DNA of 64,000 bases from Myxococcota bacterium (GTDB lineage Bacteria > Myxococcota > Kuafuiibacteriia > Kuafuiibacteriales > Kuafuiibacteriaceae): NCBI GenBank assembly GCA_965223435.1, contig CBDCWQ010000020.1, forward strand, positions 661,357 through 725,356. The letters run 5' to 3'. The notes under the pieces are model-generated. The model was given only the letters and a program-made list of their open reading frames with translations. It was not told the origin of the DNA and made no database searches. The stretch's first letter is position 1. Each line of letters starts with the position of its first letter. Below, piece by piece: positions 46,168-55,829 of this stretch. A program made the translations under genes and the position numbers.

Positions 46168-48489
46168 TTATCGTCTGCCTTCGCGGGCGGTCGATAACAG
46201 GGACGCATTTCGTTTGGACCCATCGAGCTCTACAGCGGTTTCGAGGGCTTCGATGGCCTGAACGCGATCGCCACGCATCAGGGCCATTTCTCCTTGCTTC
46301 ACGAGCATATCCGCCGCGTACTGGCGCTCGGTGGCGTCGAACAGCTGCTTACGATAGCGGACGCGCATGCCGTGGTTGATGAGCAGTCCATAGGCCTGCT
46401 CCACCAGTTTTTTTGCCTCGTCCGCGATGGATTTGACGTTTTCCGGAGCGCTCCTGAGTGGCGGTGCGGTGGTGTTGAACTCTCGTTTGGCTTTTTCGAA
46501 GGCTTCGCGGAAACTGCTGTGGTGTGCGGACCAGTGCACCCCCAGCACTTCGAAGTGGTTCATTCCTTTGAGGTGTTCGAGTCGCGTGCCAAGCTCTTTT
46601 TCTAGGATGCGGATGGATGCGGCAATGGGGCCGGTCAGCTCACCGGTGGGGGCGCCCGGATCCTGAATGTGTAAAAGCCCGCTGCTGAGCGCCAGTCCCA
46701 GAATTCGAAGGGACCCGAGGCGACCTATGGGGCTGCCCGTGACCGCTTCCAAGATGGTGCGGCTGCCGTCGAATTGCAGCTGAAGAAAGCGGACCTCCTT
46801 TTGCTGAAGCTGGAGGGTCGCACAAACTTTATCGAGATCTTCGTCGACAACGGCAATCTGCCCGAGCTTCTTGCCGTAGAGTCGCTGAAGTTCAGTCGAA
46901 CCGAGCGCCTCGTAACGGGTTCGAAAATGCCGACCGAGGATACCGAGGCCCTTGGTCAGCACCAGGTCTGCGTCGCCAGGGGGCTCTTCCCAAAGACTCC
47001 ATTGGTAATGACCGCCCGGCCACGCGAACGCGAGATCGAGCTTCACTCTGGCTTGCTCGCGAAGCGCAGAGGATAGATCGCTCTTGGATAACCGCCCCAG
47101 GGCTATCAAGGTGCGGCCAAGCGACTTCCGCCGAGTTTTACTTTCTTCGAGTGCCTCACGAAGTGCGCTTTCGTTGATTTTCTTTTGGGTCACCAGAATG
47201 CGTCCGAGCCCCGTTTCCGGGTCGAACGGTGTGGTTTTGACAAAGGCTACACTCCCGCGATGGACATAAACGCGAAGGCATTTTCCTTGGGTTTCGAGCG
47301 TGAGCACCCCGCGGCCGTTTTTGCGCACCACGTAGTCAAAGACCGAAAGGGCCGTGGCATTCTGGAGATCTTGCGGACCGCTGGCGCGCTTTCGCTGAAA
47401 CGACAAGACGTCGGAAATCGCTGAGGGGGACGATAAGGTACCTCGAAACGCGGGAACGAGGTCCTTGGGTGGCTTTTGTTTGGTGGCCTGCTGGAGCTCC
47501 TCTGGAACCACATCGACCGTGGCTTTGGTCGGTGGATTGGGATGGTTAGGGTCTTGGCCTTCTAAGAATGCGGACAGTTTCTCTATGGTTCCGGCGGCGT
47601 CCACCAAGGACAGCCCGAGGCGCCCTCCGTTTGCGAAGACCACATCGGCCTCCAGCTTGAGGATCGGGTCCGATCCCGGGGTGACCAATTCGAGGGTTTG
47701 CCGCGACCGGAGAGGCAAGGGGGCCGCGCGGACCAGCAAACCACCGTTTTTGAGATTCGACTTCAATTCGAGCTTCAGTTGCGCAACGTCCGCGAAGGTG
47801 ACGATGCCATCCGTGAGCGTGGGCAGCTCTGCATGGGCATCTTGGGTTGCGTCCTTTCGGTCTGAAGGGGCCCGAGCGGGTGGCCCTGGGTCCCTGGCCG
47901 GTTCGTCCGAAGGGGCTTTGGGCTCGGTGGTTTCCGGAGACTTCGGTGAAGTGAGTCGTACGCCACGTGCCGGTTTTCGGCTGCGCGGAGGAGGTGCCCC
48001 CTTCGGCGGTGTGGGCCTGGTGCTCATCTGAGGCTTAGAGCGGGTGTGCACCGGCTTGTCTTCGCCTGGTCCACTTTTTTCGACCAGATGTCTCAGCGTG
48101 CTTTCCCAGAGCGGTTTCACCCGGTCGAGGTGTTTGGCAACGAGATCGGGATCGAGCACCTCTAAGGTGATCCATTCGCCTTCGCGACGCGCGATCCGAG
48201 TATGGATTCTCAAACGCCCGGCCCCCTCAATGCACAGCTGAAAGTTTTCGCCCAAGGCCCCCTCCGGTCGAATGACATGGAGCAAGCCGTGTCGAATTTC
48301 CGCCAGGTACAGGCCGAGCAGCATGGCGGCGTCGTCGATGCGAAGCAGATCATCTTCGAGCCGTCTTAGGGCAATGGCCTTGAATGCAAGCGGAAGCTCC
48401 TCTGCGACCGTGTCTCGGTTGATATCCGATATCGAGGGCTGAGTAGGGGCTCGGTCGCTGTGGGTCATCTCAAGGCTCCGTAAGACCAA
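46168..48489 (-). CDS. Multidomain regulatory protein (PilZ-like, DUF4388-like, degenerate J-domain-like, TPR-like)
   Basis: 773 aa. The DUF4388-like segment is LSVFDYVVRKNGRGVLTLETQGKCLRVYVHRGSVAF. The segment MNHFEVLGVHWSAHHSSFREAFEKAKREF is J-domain-like but lacks HPD. Confidence 0.55.
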   Translation of the reverse strand: MVLRSLEMTHSDRAPTQPSISDINRDTVAEELPLAFKAIALRRLEDDLLRIDDAAMLLGLYLAEIRHGLLHVIRPEGALGENFQLCIEGAGRLRIHTRIARREGEWITLEVLDPDLVAKHLDRVKPLWESTLRHLVEKSGPGEDKPVHTRSKPQMSTRPTPPKGAPPPRSRKPARGVRLTSPKSPETTEPKAPSDEPARDPGPPARAPSDRKDATQDAHAELPTLTDGIVTFADVAQLKLELKSNLKNGGLLVRAAPLPLRSRQTLELVTPGSDPILKLEADVVFANGGRLGLSLVDAAGTIEKLSAFLEGQDPNHPNPPTKATVDVVPEELQQATKQKPPKDLVPAFRGTLSSPSAISDVLSFQRKRASGPQDLQNATALSVFDYVVRKNGRGVLTLETQGKCLRVYVHRGSVAFVKTTPFDPETGLGRILVTQKKINESALREALEESKTRRKSLGRTLIALGRLSKSDLSSALREQARVKLDLAFAWPGGHYQWSLWEEPPGDADLVLTKGLGILGRHFRTRYEALGSTELQRLYGKKLGQIAVVDEDLDKVCATLQLQQKEVRFLQLQFDGSRTILEAVTGSPIGRLGSLRILGLALSSGLLHIQDPGAPTGELTGPIAASIRILEKELGTRLEHLKGMNHFEVLGVHWSAHHSSFREAFEKAKREFNTTAPPLRSAPENVKSIADEAKKLVEQAYGLLINHGMRVRYRKQLFDATERQYAADMLVKQGEMALMRGDRVQAIEALETAVELDGSKRNASLLSTAREGRR

Positions 48490-48817
48490 TCACCATCTTA
48501 CCGGTGCGGTCACCACAACCTCAACCGCAGCTTGTCCGAGGCGTCAGGAGACAAAAAGGCGATCTTTGTTTCGACTCCGCCCCGTGTGGGCTCCCGAACT
48601 ATAGGGCCAACGCACACAGTCGCGGCAGCGTCTTTACGACAGACGTGGTTTTGCGGTCGCGCCCTCGTGGGCGCGGCGCGTACATCGCTTGATTCTGACC
48701 CCGATTATGGGATAGGGGCCTACACGCGAAGGGCGGGGTGCTGTGGGCCCCGCCGGACCCAGGCACAGCGATTCTGGGGTGCGGACGGCAGAACGATCCA
48801 CGGAGGGCGACTGAACG

Positions 48818-49315
48818 GTGACGGTGGGTGCAACCAAGGCCTGGGCAGGTGATGAAGCGCCTGTCGTCTATTATCGCTACCAAGACGAATCCGGCGAGGT
48901 CACCGTCGTCGACGCTTTGGAGCGCATTCCTGAAAAGTATCGCGCCGGGGCCCAAGAAGTCATCGTCGGTGTAGAAACCCAAGCCCAGCGTGTGGTTCGA
49001 ACCCTTGGCGAAGCGACAAAAGGGGCCAAGCCTTTTGTTTATGGTCTGGATGGTCCGTCGGCCCTCGCCGGCGCCGGGGCGATGGCCATGGTGTTTTTCG
49101 CGCTGGCGTTCCTTCGGCCCATGCGCCGGGTGGTCGTGAAGACGGGGTTGTTGCTGCTTGGTGCCGGGCTCTTGGGCGGTGCCTACTTCGGTTGGTTGGA
49201 CCGGGCGTCTCGCCCTCAGGCAGGACGATCGGACGCGTTTTTGGGCCGTGGCGACGGGGATGGGGTCGCCAGCGATCGGGCCTACGAAAAACGCTTCACG
49301 AGGCGTGGCTTTTGA
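48818..49315 (+). CDS. Hypothetical membrane protein
   Basis: 165 aa with a GTG start. It has two hydrophobic helices (AMAMVFFALAFL, LLLLGAGLLGGAYF). Confidence 0.35.
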   Translation: MTVGATKAWAGDEAPVVYYRYQDESGEVTVVDALERIPEKYRAGAQEVIVGVETQAQRVVRTLGEATKGAKPFVYGLDGPSALAGAGAMAMVFFALAFLRPMRRVVVKTGLLLLGAGLLGGAYFGWLDRASRPQAGRSDAFLGRGDGDGVASDRAYEKRFTRRGF

Positions 49316-49617
49316 GTTCCGTCCGTCATCCCGTGGAAGTTCGCAATGACCGCGACAATGGACGCTTGCTCGTCTCCTGGAGCGACAGCACGAGGCTGCA
49401 GTACCCCTACGATTTTCTGCGCAATGCGTGTCCCTGTGCCGGATGTCGCGGACACAGCCCCGGGGAAGTGCCCCCACCTCAACAGCAGGGCGTCGTCCTC
49501 CAGCGCATTCATGAAGTTGGAACCTACGCGCTTCGTTTCGATTGGTCCGATGGCCACACCACCGGTATCTACGCCTGGTCCTATCTCGAGGACATCGGCC
49601 AGGCCGTGGTCGCGTGA
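49312..49617 (+). CDS. DUF971-family (gamma-butyrobetaine hydroxylase N-terminal-like) small protein
   Basis: It has the motifs LLVSWSDSTRLQYPYDFLRNACPCAGCRGH and YALRFDWSDGHTTGIYAWSYL. The start is non-ATG: TTG at 49312 or GTG at 49339. Confidence 0.5.
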   Translation: MSSVRHPVEVRNDRDNGRLLVSWSDSTRLQYPYDFLRNACPCAGCRGHSPGEVPPPQQQGVVLQRIHEVGTYALRFDWSDGHTTGIYAWSYLEDIGQAVVA

Positions 49618-49873
49618 GCGAAGCCCATAAACGTTCAACGAAGTCCACAGGGGGCGCACGTCGGGCGCACGATGTGGGGTGCGGACCGGGTTCGGGTGGG
49701 TCCATGTTGATGGTGGCCACCCAAGAAAAGATTCGGTGAACCGGGCCGGAACGGGGTTCCAAGCCCTGCTCTTTGTCGGGGAAGCGCCAACCGGGTGAGG
49801 GCTTCTTCCGAGGTCGAGGTGGTGGGCGCCCGGGGGTGAACCTCGTCCTGACGATCGGTTAGAATCCGGGAAT

Positions 49874-51187
49874 ATGGAGAATACCCTAGCCGGCGCGTTC
49901 TCGGCGGCGGAGACCCAGTTCGCGGCGGGGCAGTATCGCGAGGCGCTGACGTCGTACATGGCGGTGGTCAAAGCCGCCCCTCGGTTTACGCGGGCTCGCT
50001 ACCGCATTGCGGACTCCCTTCTCAACCTGGGTGACAAGCCGCGGGCCAAGGAGGTCTACAAGAGTCTCGCGTGGTACTACATCAAGGCGGGACACCCGTT
50101 ACTTGGCCTGGTGGTTTGCAAGATGGTGCTGGCCCTCGACCCCAGCTACAGCGACCTTCTGAACATTCTCGCTGAGCTTTACTCTTCTGAATCAGACCGC
50201 GTGGCTGCGGATGTGGAGTTGCCAGAAGCCTTGCCTTTACCCGACGGCGCACCGTTGCCTGATGTCGAAAATTGGGATGCCTCTACCCTTTTTGAGTCCG
50301 CAGCCAAGATTGCAGGTGACACCGAATCCATCACCAGCGTTCCGACCCGTTTCCCGATGATTCCCCTGTTTTCGCACCTGACTGAAGATGCGTTTATCAA
50401 GGTTGTCGGTAGCCTGCGTCTACGTCGTCATACCCACGGTGAGCGAATTCTTACGGAAGGAGAGAAGGGCGACTCATTTTTTATCCTCGCCGATGGGGTG
50501 GTTGTGGTGTCGAAACGTCTGAAAGGAAAGGAGACGGTTCTGGCTCACCTCCATCAAGGCGCAGTTTTTGGGGAGATGGCTTTGGTTTCGAATGCGTCGC
50601 GGGCGGCGACCGTCATGGCCCTGGGCGATGTCGACCTTCTTGAGCTTTCGCGCGCCGACTTAGAGAATCATGCGGGCGAGCTCGAAAGCGTCAAGGAGGC
50701 GCTCAGGAAGTTCACCCGCGGCCGATTTTTGGCGAACTTGGCGGCCACCAGTCCTCTTTTTCGGCCGTTGTCCAAGCCCGATCGGCGGGCGCTGATCCAA
50801 AAATTCAATCCCAGAAAAGTATCGTCCGGGGACATCCTGATCGAGGAGGGCCGGATGGGCGACGGTCTGTACCTGGTTTTGCGGGGTGATTACCGGGTGT
50901 CCAAGCAAGGCGGGCCCCGCGGGCTCGAGCTGGCAACCCTACGCGGCGGAGATGTATTTGGGGAGATTTCCCTGATGCGCGACGAGCCTACCACCGCAAC
51001 CGTGACCGCGACCTCTCCCGGAGAAGTCTTATTCTTACCGCGTGAGGCTTTTGGCGACATGATCAGCCAGCACCCGCAAACCAAGCAAGCGCTGGCGGAA
51101 ATCTCAGAAGAGCGACTTCGGGTCCTCAAGGAAAAGATGGTGGCCACCGGCGACATCATCACCAACGATGCGGAGCTCCTGTTCTGA
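49874..51187 (+). CDS. Tandem cyclic-nucleotide-binding-domain protein with N-terminal TPR-like region
   Basis: It has two CAP-type cNMP-binding domains. The first contains GEMALVSNASRAATVMA. The second contains GEISLMRDEPTTATVTA. Confidence 0.8.
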   Translation: MENTLAGAFSAAETQFAAGQYREALTSYMAVVKAAPRFTRARYRIADSLLNLGDKPRAKEVYKSLAWYYIKAGHPLLGLVVCKMVLALDPSYSDLLNILAELYSSESDRVAADVELPEALPLPDGAPLPDVENWDASTLFESAAKIAGDTESITSVPTRFPMIPLFSHLTEDAFIKVVGSLRLRRHTHGERILTEGEKGDSFFILADGVVVVSKRLKGKETVLAHLHQGAVFGEMALVSNASRAATVMALGDVDLLELSRADLENHAGELESVKEALRKFTRGRFLANLAATSPLFRPLSKPDRRALIQKFNPRKVSSGDILIEEGRMGDGLYLVLRGDYRVSKQGGPRGLELATLRGGDVFGEISLMRDEPTTATVTATSPGEVLFLPREAFGDMISQHPQTKQALAEISEERLRVLKEKMVATGDIITNDAELLF

Positions 51188-51308
51188 ATACCCGGGGTTC
51201 CGAGCAATCGGGCGGACCGCAGGCGGAAGTGGCTTGGGTAATGCTTATTAGATAAAACCCTTTTGAGGCGAACATTGACGGGCGACTCCAGAAGACCGAG
51301 CCTCAGAG

Positions 51309-52244
51309 ATGTTGGACCCTGGCTCCATAGTATGGGTGCTCGTTTTGGGTGCGGCGGCGGTAGGGGTCGGTGCGGCGGGCTTGGTGGCCCTCCTGTACAG
51401 CGTGCTGACCTACGCCGTTTGGCTGGTGGAGCGGGGGCAGCGCGGGCGTTCTCCGCTCAAAGGTGCGGGCCGGGAGTGGGGACAGTTTCAGACCTCGGCG
51501 GCCATTGAGTTTCTGTCTTCGGCCCTTTTGTTTTTGGTTCATCCCTTTGGCGCCATTGATCCGTTGCCACCCCGGGAACGGGTACTTTACGGACGCCGAC
51601 CGGTGCTTTTGGTCCACGGTTATGCGCAAACGCGTTCCAACTTTGCGTTGTTGGCTTTTCGATTGGCGTCGATGGGCTTGGGGCCCTTGTATGCGGTGAA
51701 TCTCAGGCCGTATCGCGCCAGCATCCGTGACCACGCGGCGTTGGTGTCGGACCGCATTGATGAAATTCTTCGCACCACGGGTGCGCAGAAAATCGACATT
51801 GTTGCCCATTCTATGGGCGGCTTGGTGGCACGGGTCGCAGAATCGATGGGGGAGCGTCGGCGCGTGCGGCGCCTGGTCACCCTGGGCACGCCGCATCGGG
51901 GCACAAGGATGGCTTTTTTGGCCTTCGGCGAGTGTGGCGCAGAGATGCGAGAGGGGTCAGATTTTGTGAAGTCTCTGCCACCATCGCCTCAAGGGCTCAT
52001 CGTGGCCATCAGCAGCGAACATGACAACGTCATTGTGCCTGCCGAGAACGCCCGAATTGGCGATTCGGGGCGGAACGTGGTTGTGAGCCACGTAGGGCAT
52101 ATGTCGCTGCTTTTGAACGAACAGGTGGCGGAGATCGTGGGAACGTCTTTGGGGGAAGATATTCAGACCACTCAGGATTTGCTGGCGGCCGTGTCGCCTG
52201 AGGTTGCCACTGTGCGGGCCTCGTCGGTTCGTCTTGCCGGGTAA
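51309..52244 (+). CDS. Membrane-anchored alpha/beta hydrolase (lipase family)
   Basis: It has an N-terminal TM helix, VLLVHGY and a nucleophile elbow AHSMGG. It resembles a class 2/PGAP1-like lipase. Confidence 0.65.
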   Translation: MLDPGSIVWVLVLGAAAVGVGAAGLVALLYSVLTYAVWLVERGQRGRSPLKGAGREWGQFQTSAAIEFLSSALLFLVHPFGAIDPLPPRERVLYGRRPVLLVHGYAQTRSNFALLAFRLASMGLGPLYAVNLRPYRASIRDHAALVSDRIDEILRTTGAQKIDIVAHSMGGLVARVAESMGERRRVRRLVTLGTPHRGTRMAFLAFGECGAEMREGSDFVKSLPPSPQGLIVAISSEHDNVIVPAENARIGDSGRNVVVSHVGHMSLLLNEQVAEIVGTSLGEDIQTTQDLLAAVSPEVATVRASSVRLAG

Positions 52245-52250
52245 TAAGCT

Positions 52251-53342
52251 TTGAATCGGAAGAACAAAGGCCCACTGTTGGCACCGGGTCGAATTGCGTC
52301 TGATGCCTCACGAACCACCCTCGAACCCGGATGGCTAGGCCATCAGCCCCCGGCACCAGAGCTTGTTGCCCAAAGTTTGTCGCATTCGTTTCAAGTTGTG
52401 GTCGGAAAAGGTGGCGTAGGCAAGACGACCATGGCGTCGGCCATGGCCCTCCATGCCTCTCGGGGGGGACTCCGAACGCTCTTACTGGAGGTCAACGCCC
52501 CGGATGATGCGGCGCACTGCCTTGGCGTTCGTGCCGCGGTGGATGAACCCAAAGAGGTTCTGCCGAATTTGTGGCTCTGTCGCATGACACCGGAGGGGGC
52601 TCTCAGGGAATACGCGTTGATGGTTCTCAAGTTTCGTGCCCTACACAATCTCGTTCTCGAGAACCGGGTCGTGAAATATCTTCTTCGGTCCATACCCTCT
52701 CTGGGCGAGTTTAATATGTTTGGCAAAGCTTGGTTTCATGCCACTGAGCTTCTCGACGATGGCACGCCCCGCTATGAGCGGGTGTTCGTGGATGCCCCTT
52801 CCACGGGGCACGCGCTGACTTTCTTGTCGGCAGCGCGAACGGTTGCTGATCTGGCGCCCCAGGGAACCATGAAAGAGGCTTCGGAACGCATGGCTCTTCT
52901 GCTTGAAGCCGACTCGAGTTGCTTGCACGTAGTTTCGTTGGCTGAAGAGATGCCGGTGAACGAAGCGCTCGAGCTTATTCGGAGCGCGCGCGAACGACTT
53001 CATATCGCGCCCGGCCTTCTTTTTGTGAATCGGGTCATCGAGCCTTGGGCGACCAAAGAAGAACGGGCATTGCTTGAGCAGGCGGAAAAAGAGGCAGAGG
53101 CTCAGGCGGGCCTTCAGGCCTATGCCGAAGTATTGCGGTTTTGCCGGAACCGGGAACTGGTTGCTAGGCAGTCTGTATTGCGACTCCGCAACGAGGGTGG
53201 ATGGCCCATGGTGTTGGTCCCAGAACGCCGCTCTTTGGAAGATGTGGTGTCGGTTTTGGCGCAGGCGAGCAGCGACGGTCCGTCCGCCGAGGCTGCCCGG
53301 AGTCTCGGGCGTGGTTCGCTTGGGGAAGGGAACGATGGGTAA
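52251..53342 (+). CDS. ArsA/Get3-like anion-transporting-type ATPase, paralogue 1
   Basis: It has a deviant Walker A motif VVGKGGVGKTTMASAMA and ParA/MinD-superfamily ArsA-like architecture. The start is uncertain: non-ATG, with TTG candidates at 52251, 52278 and 52377. Confidence 0.68.
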   Translation: MNRKNKGPLLAPGRIASDASRTTLEPGWLGHQPPAPELVAQSLSHSFQVVVGKGGVGKTTMASAMALHASRGGLRTLLLEVNAPDDAAHCLGVRAAVDEPKEVLPNLWLCRMTPEGALREYALMVLKFRALHNLVLENRVVKYLLRSIPSLGEFNMFGKAWFHATELLDDGTPRYERVFVDAPSTGHALTFLSAARTVADLAPQGTMKEASERMALLLEADSSCLHVVSLAEEMPVNEALELIRSARERLHIAPGLLFVNRVIEPWATKEERALLEQAEKEAEAQAGLQAYAEVLRFCRNRELVARQSVLRLRNEGGWPMVLVPERRSLEDVVSVLAQASSDGPSAEAARSLGRGSLGEGNDG

Positions 53343-54573
53343 GCGGGGAACGCGCATAGCGGGCACGCAGGCGGAGGTGCAGGCCGGGCTCGGCGATATT
53401 TTGGCGAAGGTTAGGCTCGTGGTGTCCGTGGGCGCCGGGGGCGTGGGCAAGACATCGACATCGGCGGCTATGGCGATTCATGGTGCGTGTGAGGGTAGGC
53501 GAAGTTTGGTGTTGACCATAGATCCTGCGCGACGTCTTGCGAATGCTTTAGGACTGGCTGAGTTTGGCAATCAAGAGCGTGTTGTTGAACCCGAGGCGTT
53601 CCGAGCATGTGGACTCGAGCCGCCCTCTGGACGGCTCTCGTGCATGATGCTCGACGTGAAGAGCGCGTGGGATGAAGTGGTTCGCCAACATCACCCCGAT
53701 GCCGAAGCCAGAGCCCGCTTGGTTTCCAATCGACTGTTTGGCGCGCTGTCTCGTCTTGCTGGATCCCAAGAGTATATGGCGATGGAGAAGCTTTACGAGC
53801 TTGCCAATCGCACCGAAGATCCGCTGGATTTTATCGTGCTTGACACGCCGCCCACCGAGCATGCGTTTGATTTTTTGAACGCGCCCTCACGAATCTTGGA
53901 CGCGCTCGACAACGAGGCAACCCGTTGGATCTTGGAACCTTTCGAGAAGAGGGGGCGCATTACGGACAAGCTGTTTGACGCGGGCTCTTCCTTCCTCATT
54001 CGGAGCATTTCTCGGTTCACCGGACCCGATTTTTTGCAGGAGATTGCGGAGCTTTTGTCCGGGTTTCAGGGCATGTTTGACGGGTTCAAAGAGAGGGCAA
54101 AAGCGGTGCGCAGTCTTTTCAAAGACCAAGGCACGGCGTTTGTTTTGGTGGGAACCCCCGACCGCGTGGGGATTGAGCATGTCCGTGAGTTTGACGCCCG
54201 GCTTCGGGAGCGCGGTATCGATGTGGCGGCCCTGGTACTCAACCGATCGTTTCAGGACCCCTTTCGCCATGGACGCGCCCAAGATTCAGGTGCCTTTCGA
54301 AGCTTGGTTTTTTCACTCGGGGGGACAACGGAGCTGGTGGAACGGGTGGACGGGTTGCTTCAGCACGCCCAAAAAAGTGCCCAGTCCCAATCGGAGACCG
54401 TCGCCAAGCTGAAGCGTCAGTTCAACCATCAGCCCATGATATTGGTTCCCGAGTTCGACGCCGATGTGCACGATCTGGTTGGTCTGAAGGCGATGGGCAA
54501 ACACCTCTTCGCACGTGGAAGCGACTTTTTGTGCGTAGGCCGAGAACCCGATTCTCGAGCCGCTTCATTTTGA
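53335..54573 (+). CDS. ArsA/Get3-like anion-transporting-type ATPase, paralogue 2
   Basis: It has a P-loop VSVGAGGVGKTSTSAAMA and an ArsA-like TIDPARRL motif. Its ATG overlaps the paralogue 1 stop (ATGGGTAA). Confidence 0.75.
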   Translation: MGKRGTRIAGTQAEVQAGLGDILAKVRLVVSVGAGGVGKTSTSAAMAIHGACEGRRSLVLTIDPARRLANALGLAEFGNQERVVEPEAFRACGLEPPSGRLSCMMLDVKSAWDEVVRQHHPDAEARARLVSNRLFGALSRLAGSQEYMAMEKLYELANRTEDPLDFIVLDTPPTEHAFDFLNAPSRILDALDNEATRWILEPFEKRGRITDKLFDAGSSFLIRSISRFTGPDFLQEIAELLSGFQGMFDGFKERAKAVRSLFKDQGTAFVLVGTPDRVGIEHVREFDARLRERGIDVAALVLNRSFQDPFRHGRAQDSGAFRSLVFSLGGTTELVERVDGLLQHAQKSAQSQSETVAKLKRQFNHQPMILVPEFDADVHDLVGLKAMGKHLFARGSDFLCVGREPDSRAASF

Positions 54574-54585
54574 GGGTGACGCTCT

Positions 54586-55752
54586 ATGCTGAGGCGTGCC
54601 TTCGAGTGTAGCGCGCACCGTGCGGTGCCTGCCTTCCTCGTCGCTCTCCTGCTCGCTTGCGCGGGCCCGAGGGTCAAAGATGATGCTTTTCTGCGTTCAG
54701 TCGACCCCGTCGAGATGGATCCAGTCGTCGTTGTTCGTGCAAAAGATCCGCTGATCGGTCTCGATGGCTACGATGCCAAGCAGCTTCTTGAGCTCAGCAC
54801 GAAACTTTACCACGAAGAAGAATACGCCCGCTCTCTTTTGGTGCTCGAACGATTTCACACGCTGTTTTCAGACTCTGCCTTGGCGCCTCAAGCGGCGTAT
54901 CAGCGGGGGCTGGCCCACGAAGCGCTTGAACGCTATGAGGAGGCTTTGCCCGCCTATCAGGTGATCATGGAAAATTTTCCTGAGGCGCCGGTTTTCAATG
55001 ATGCACACTTTCGTGCGGCCGTTTGCCTTGGCAAACTCTCCCGGTGGGAGGAAGTCTCGTCGCTTTTTACCCGCATTCGGCAGTTCGAGGGTTTGTCGAC
55101 CATGGATGAGCTCGAGGCGCGGGTGGGTCTTGGCGTGTCTTTGTTTATGCAAGCGGCGTACACGCGCGCCGAGGGTGCGTTTCAGGCGGCGGTGTTCTTT
55201 TACGAGGACCAAGAAAAACAAGAGTATATCCCGGGGGAGTATTTTCTTGGTCAGTCGCGCTTTTACCTCGGGGAAATCTATGCCCGCGCTTTTGAAGCGA
55301 AGCGCTTGAGCCATCCCCATGCTGGGGACAAGGATTGGGCCGAAACCATGGGTGTGGAGCTCGAGGAAAAGTGTCAGGCGCTTCTTCGTGCGCAAAACAA
55401 TTTTATTCGTGCCATTCGCGTGGGTCACGCGGGGTGGGCCACCGCGGCTGGCTATCGGATCGGTTCGTTGTACGAGCGTTTGTACGATGATTTGATGAAA
55501 CTCCCCGTTCCCGCCGAGCTCGACGAAGAGTCGGCCCAATACTACCGACAGCAGGTCTGGGAGCGGGTCAGTGTGCTGGTGGTGAAGGCCATCAAAATCT
55601 ATGAGCAGTCCCTGCAAATGGCCGAACGCACGGGGCAGGACAACGAGTGGGTACAGCGTGCTTCAAAGTCGCTCGATCGGATGAAACACTTGTACTTGGA
55701 GTCGTTAAGAGCGCGCGCCGGACAAAGCGAGCCCAAAAGCGCTCGAGAATAA
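54586..55752 (+). CDS. TPR-like lipoprotein
   Basis: It has a lipobox LLLACAG and a GAGGGTG RBS. The body is helical, TPR-like repeats. Confidence 0.55.
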   Translation: MLRRAFECSAHRAVPAFLVALLLACAGPRVKDDAFLRSVDPVEMDPVVVVRAKDPLIGLDGYDAKQLLELSTKLYHEEEYARSLLVLERFHTLFSDSALAPQAAYQRGLAHEALERYEEALPAYQVIMENFPEAPVFNDAHFRAAVCLGKLSRWEEVSSLFTRIRQFEGLSTMDELEARVGLGVSLFMQAAYTRAEGAFQAAVFFYEDQEKQEYIPGEYFLGQSRFYLGEIYARAFEAKRLSHPHAGDKDWAETMGVELEEKCQALLRAQNNFIRAIRVGHAGWATAAGYRIGSLYERLYDDLMKLPVPAELDEESAQYYRQQVWERVSVLVVKAIKIYEQSLQMAERTGQDNEWVQRASKSLDRMKHLYLESLRARAGQSEPKSARE

Positions 55753-55829
55753 GGCCCGCTTTGGTTGTACGTCATCACTGTTTTGCCGTGTAGCAGGCGC
55801 TTCTAACTGCCTAGCGCCGTATTGCTAAA

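Noticed and set aside
53074-53334. 5' extension of ArsA-like paralogue 2 ORF
   Set aside because: It lies wholly inside paralogue 1 in another frame. A canonical ATGnnTAA coupling at 53335 gives a P-loop at the expected distance from the N-terminus.
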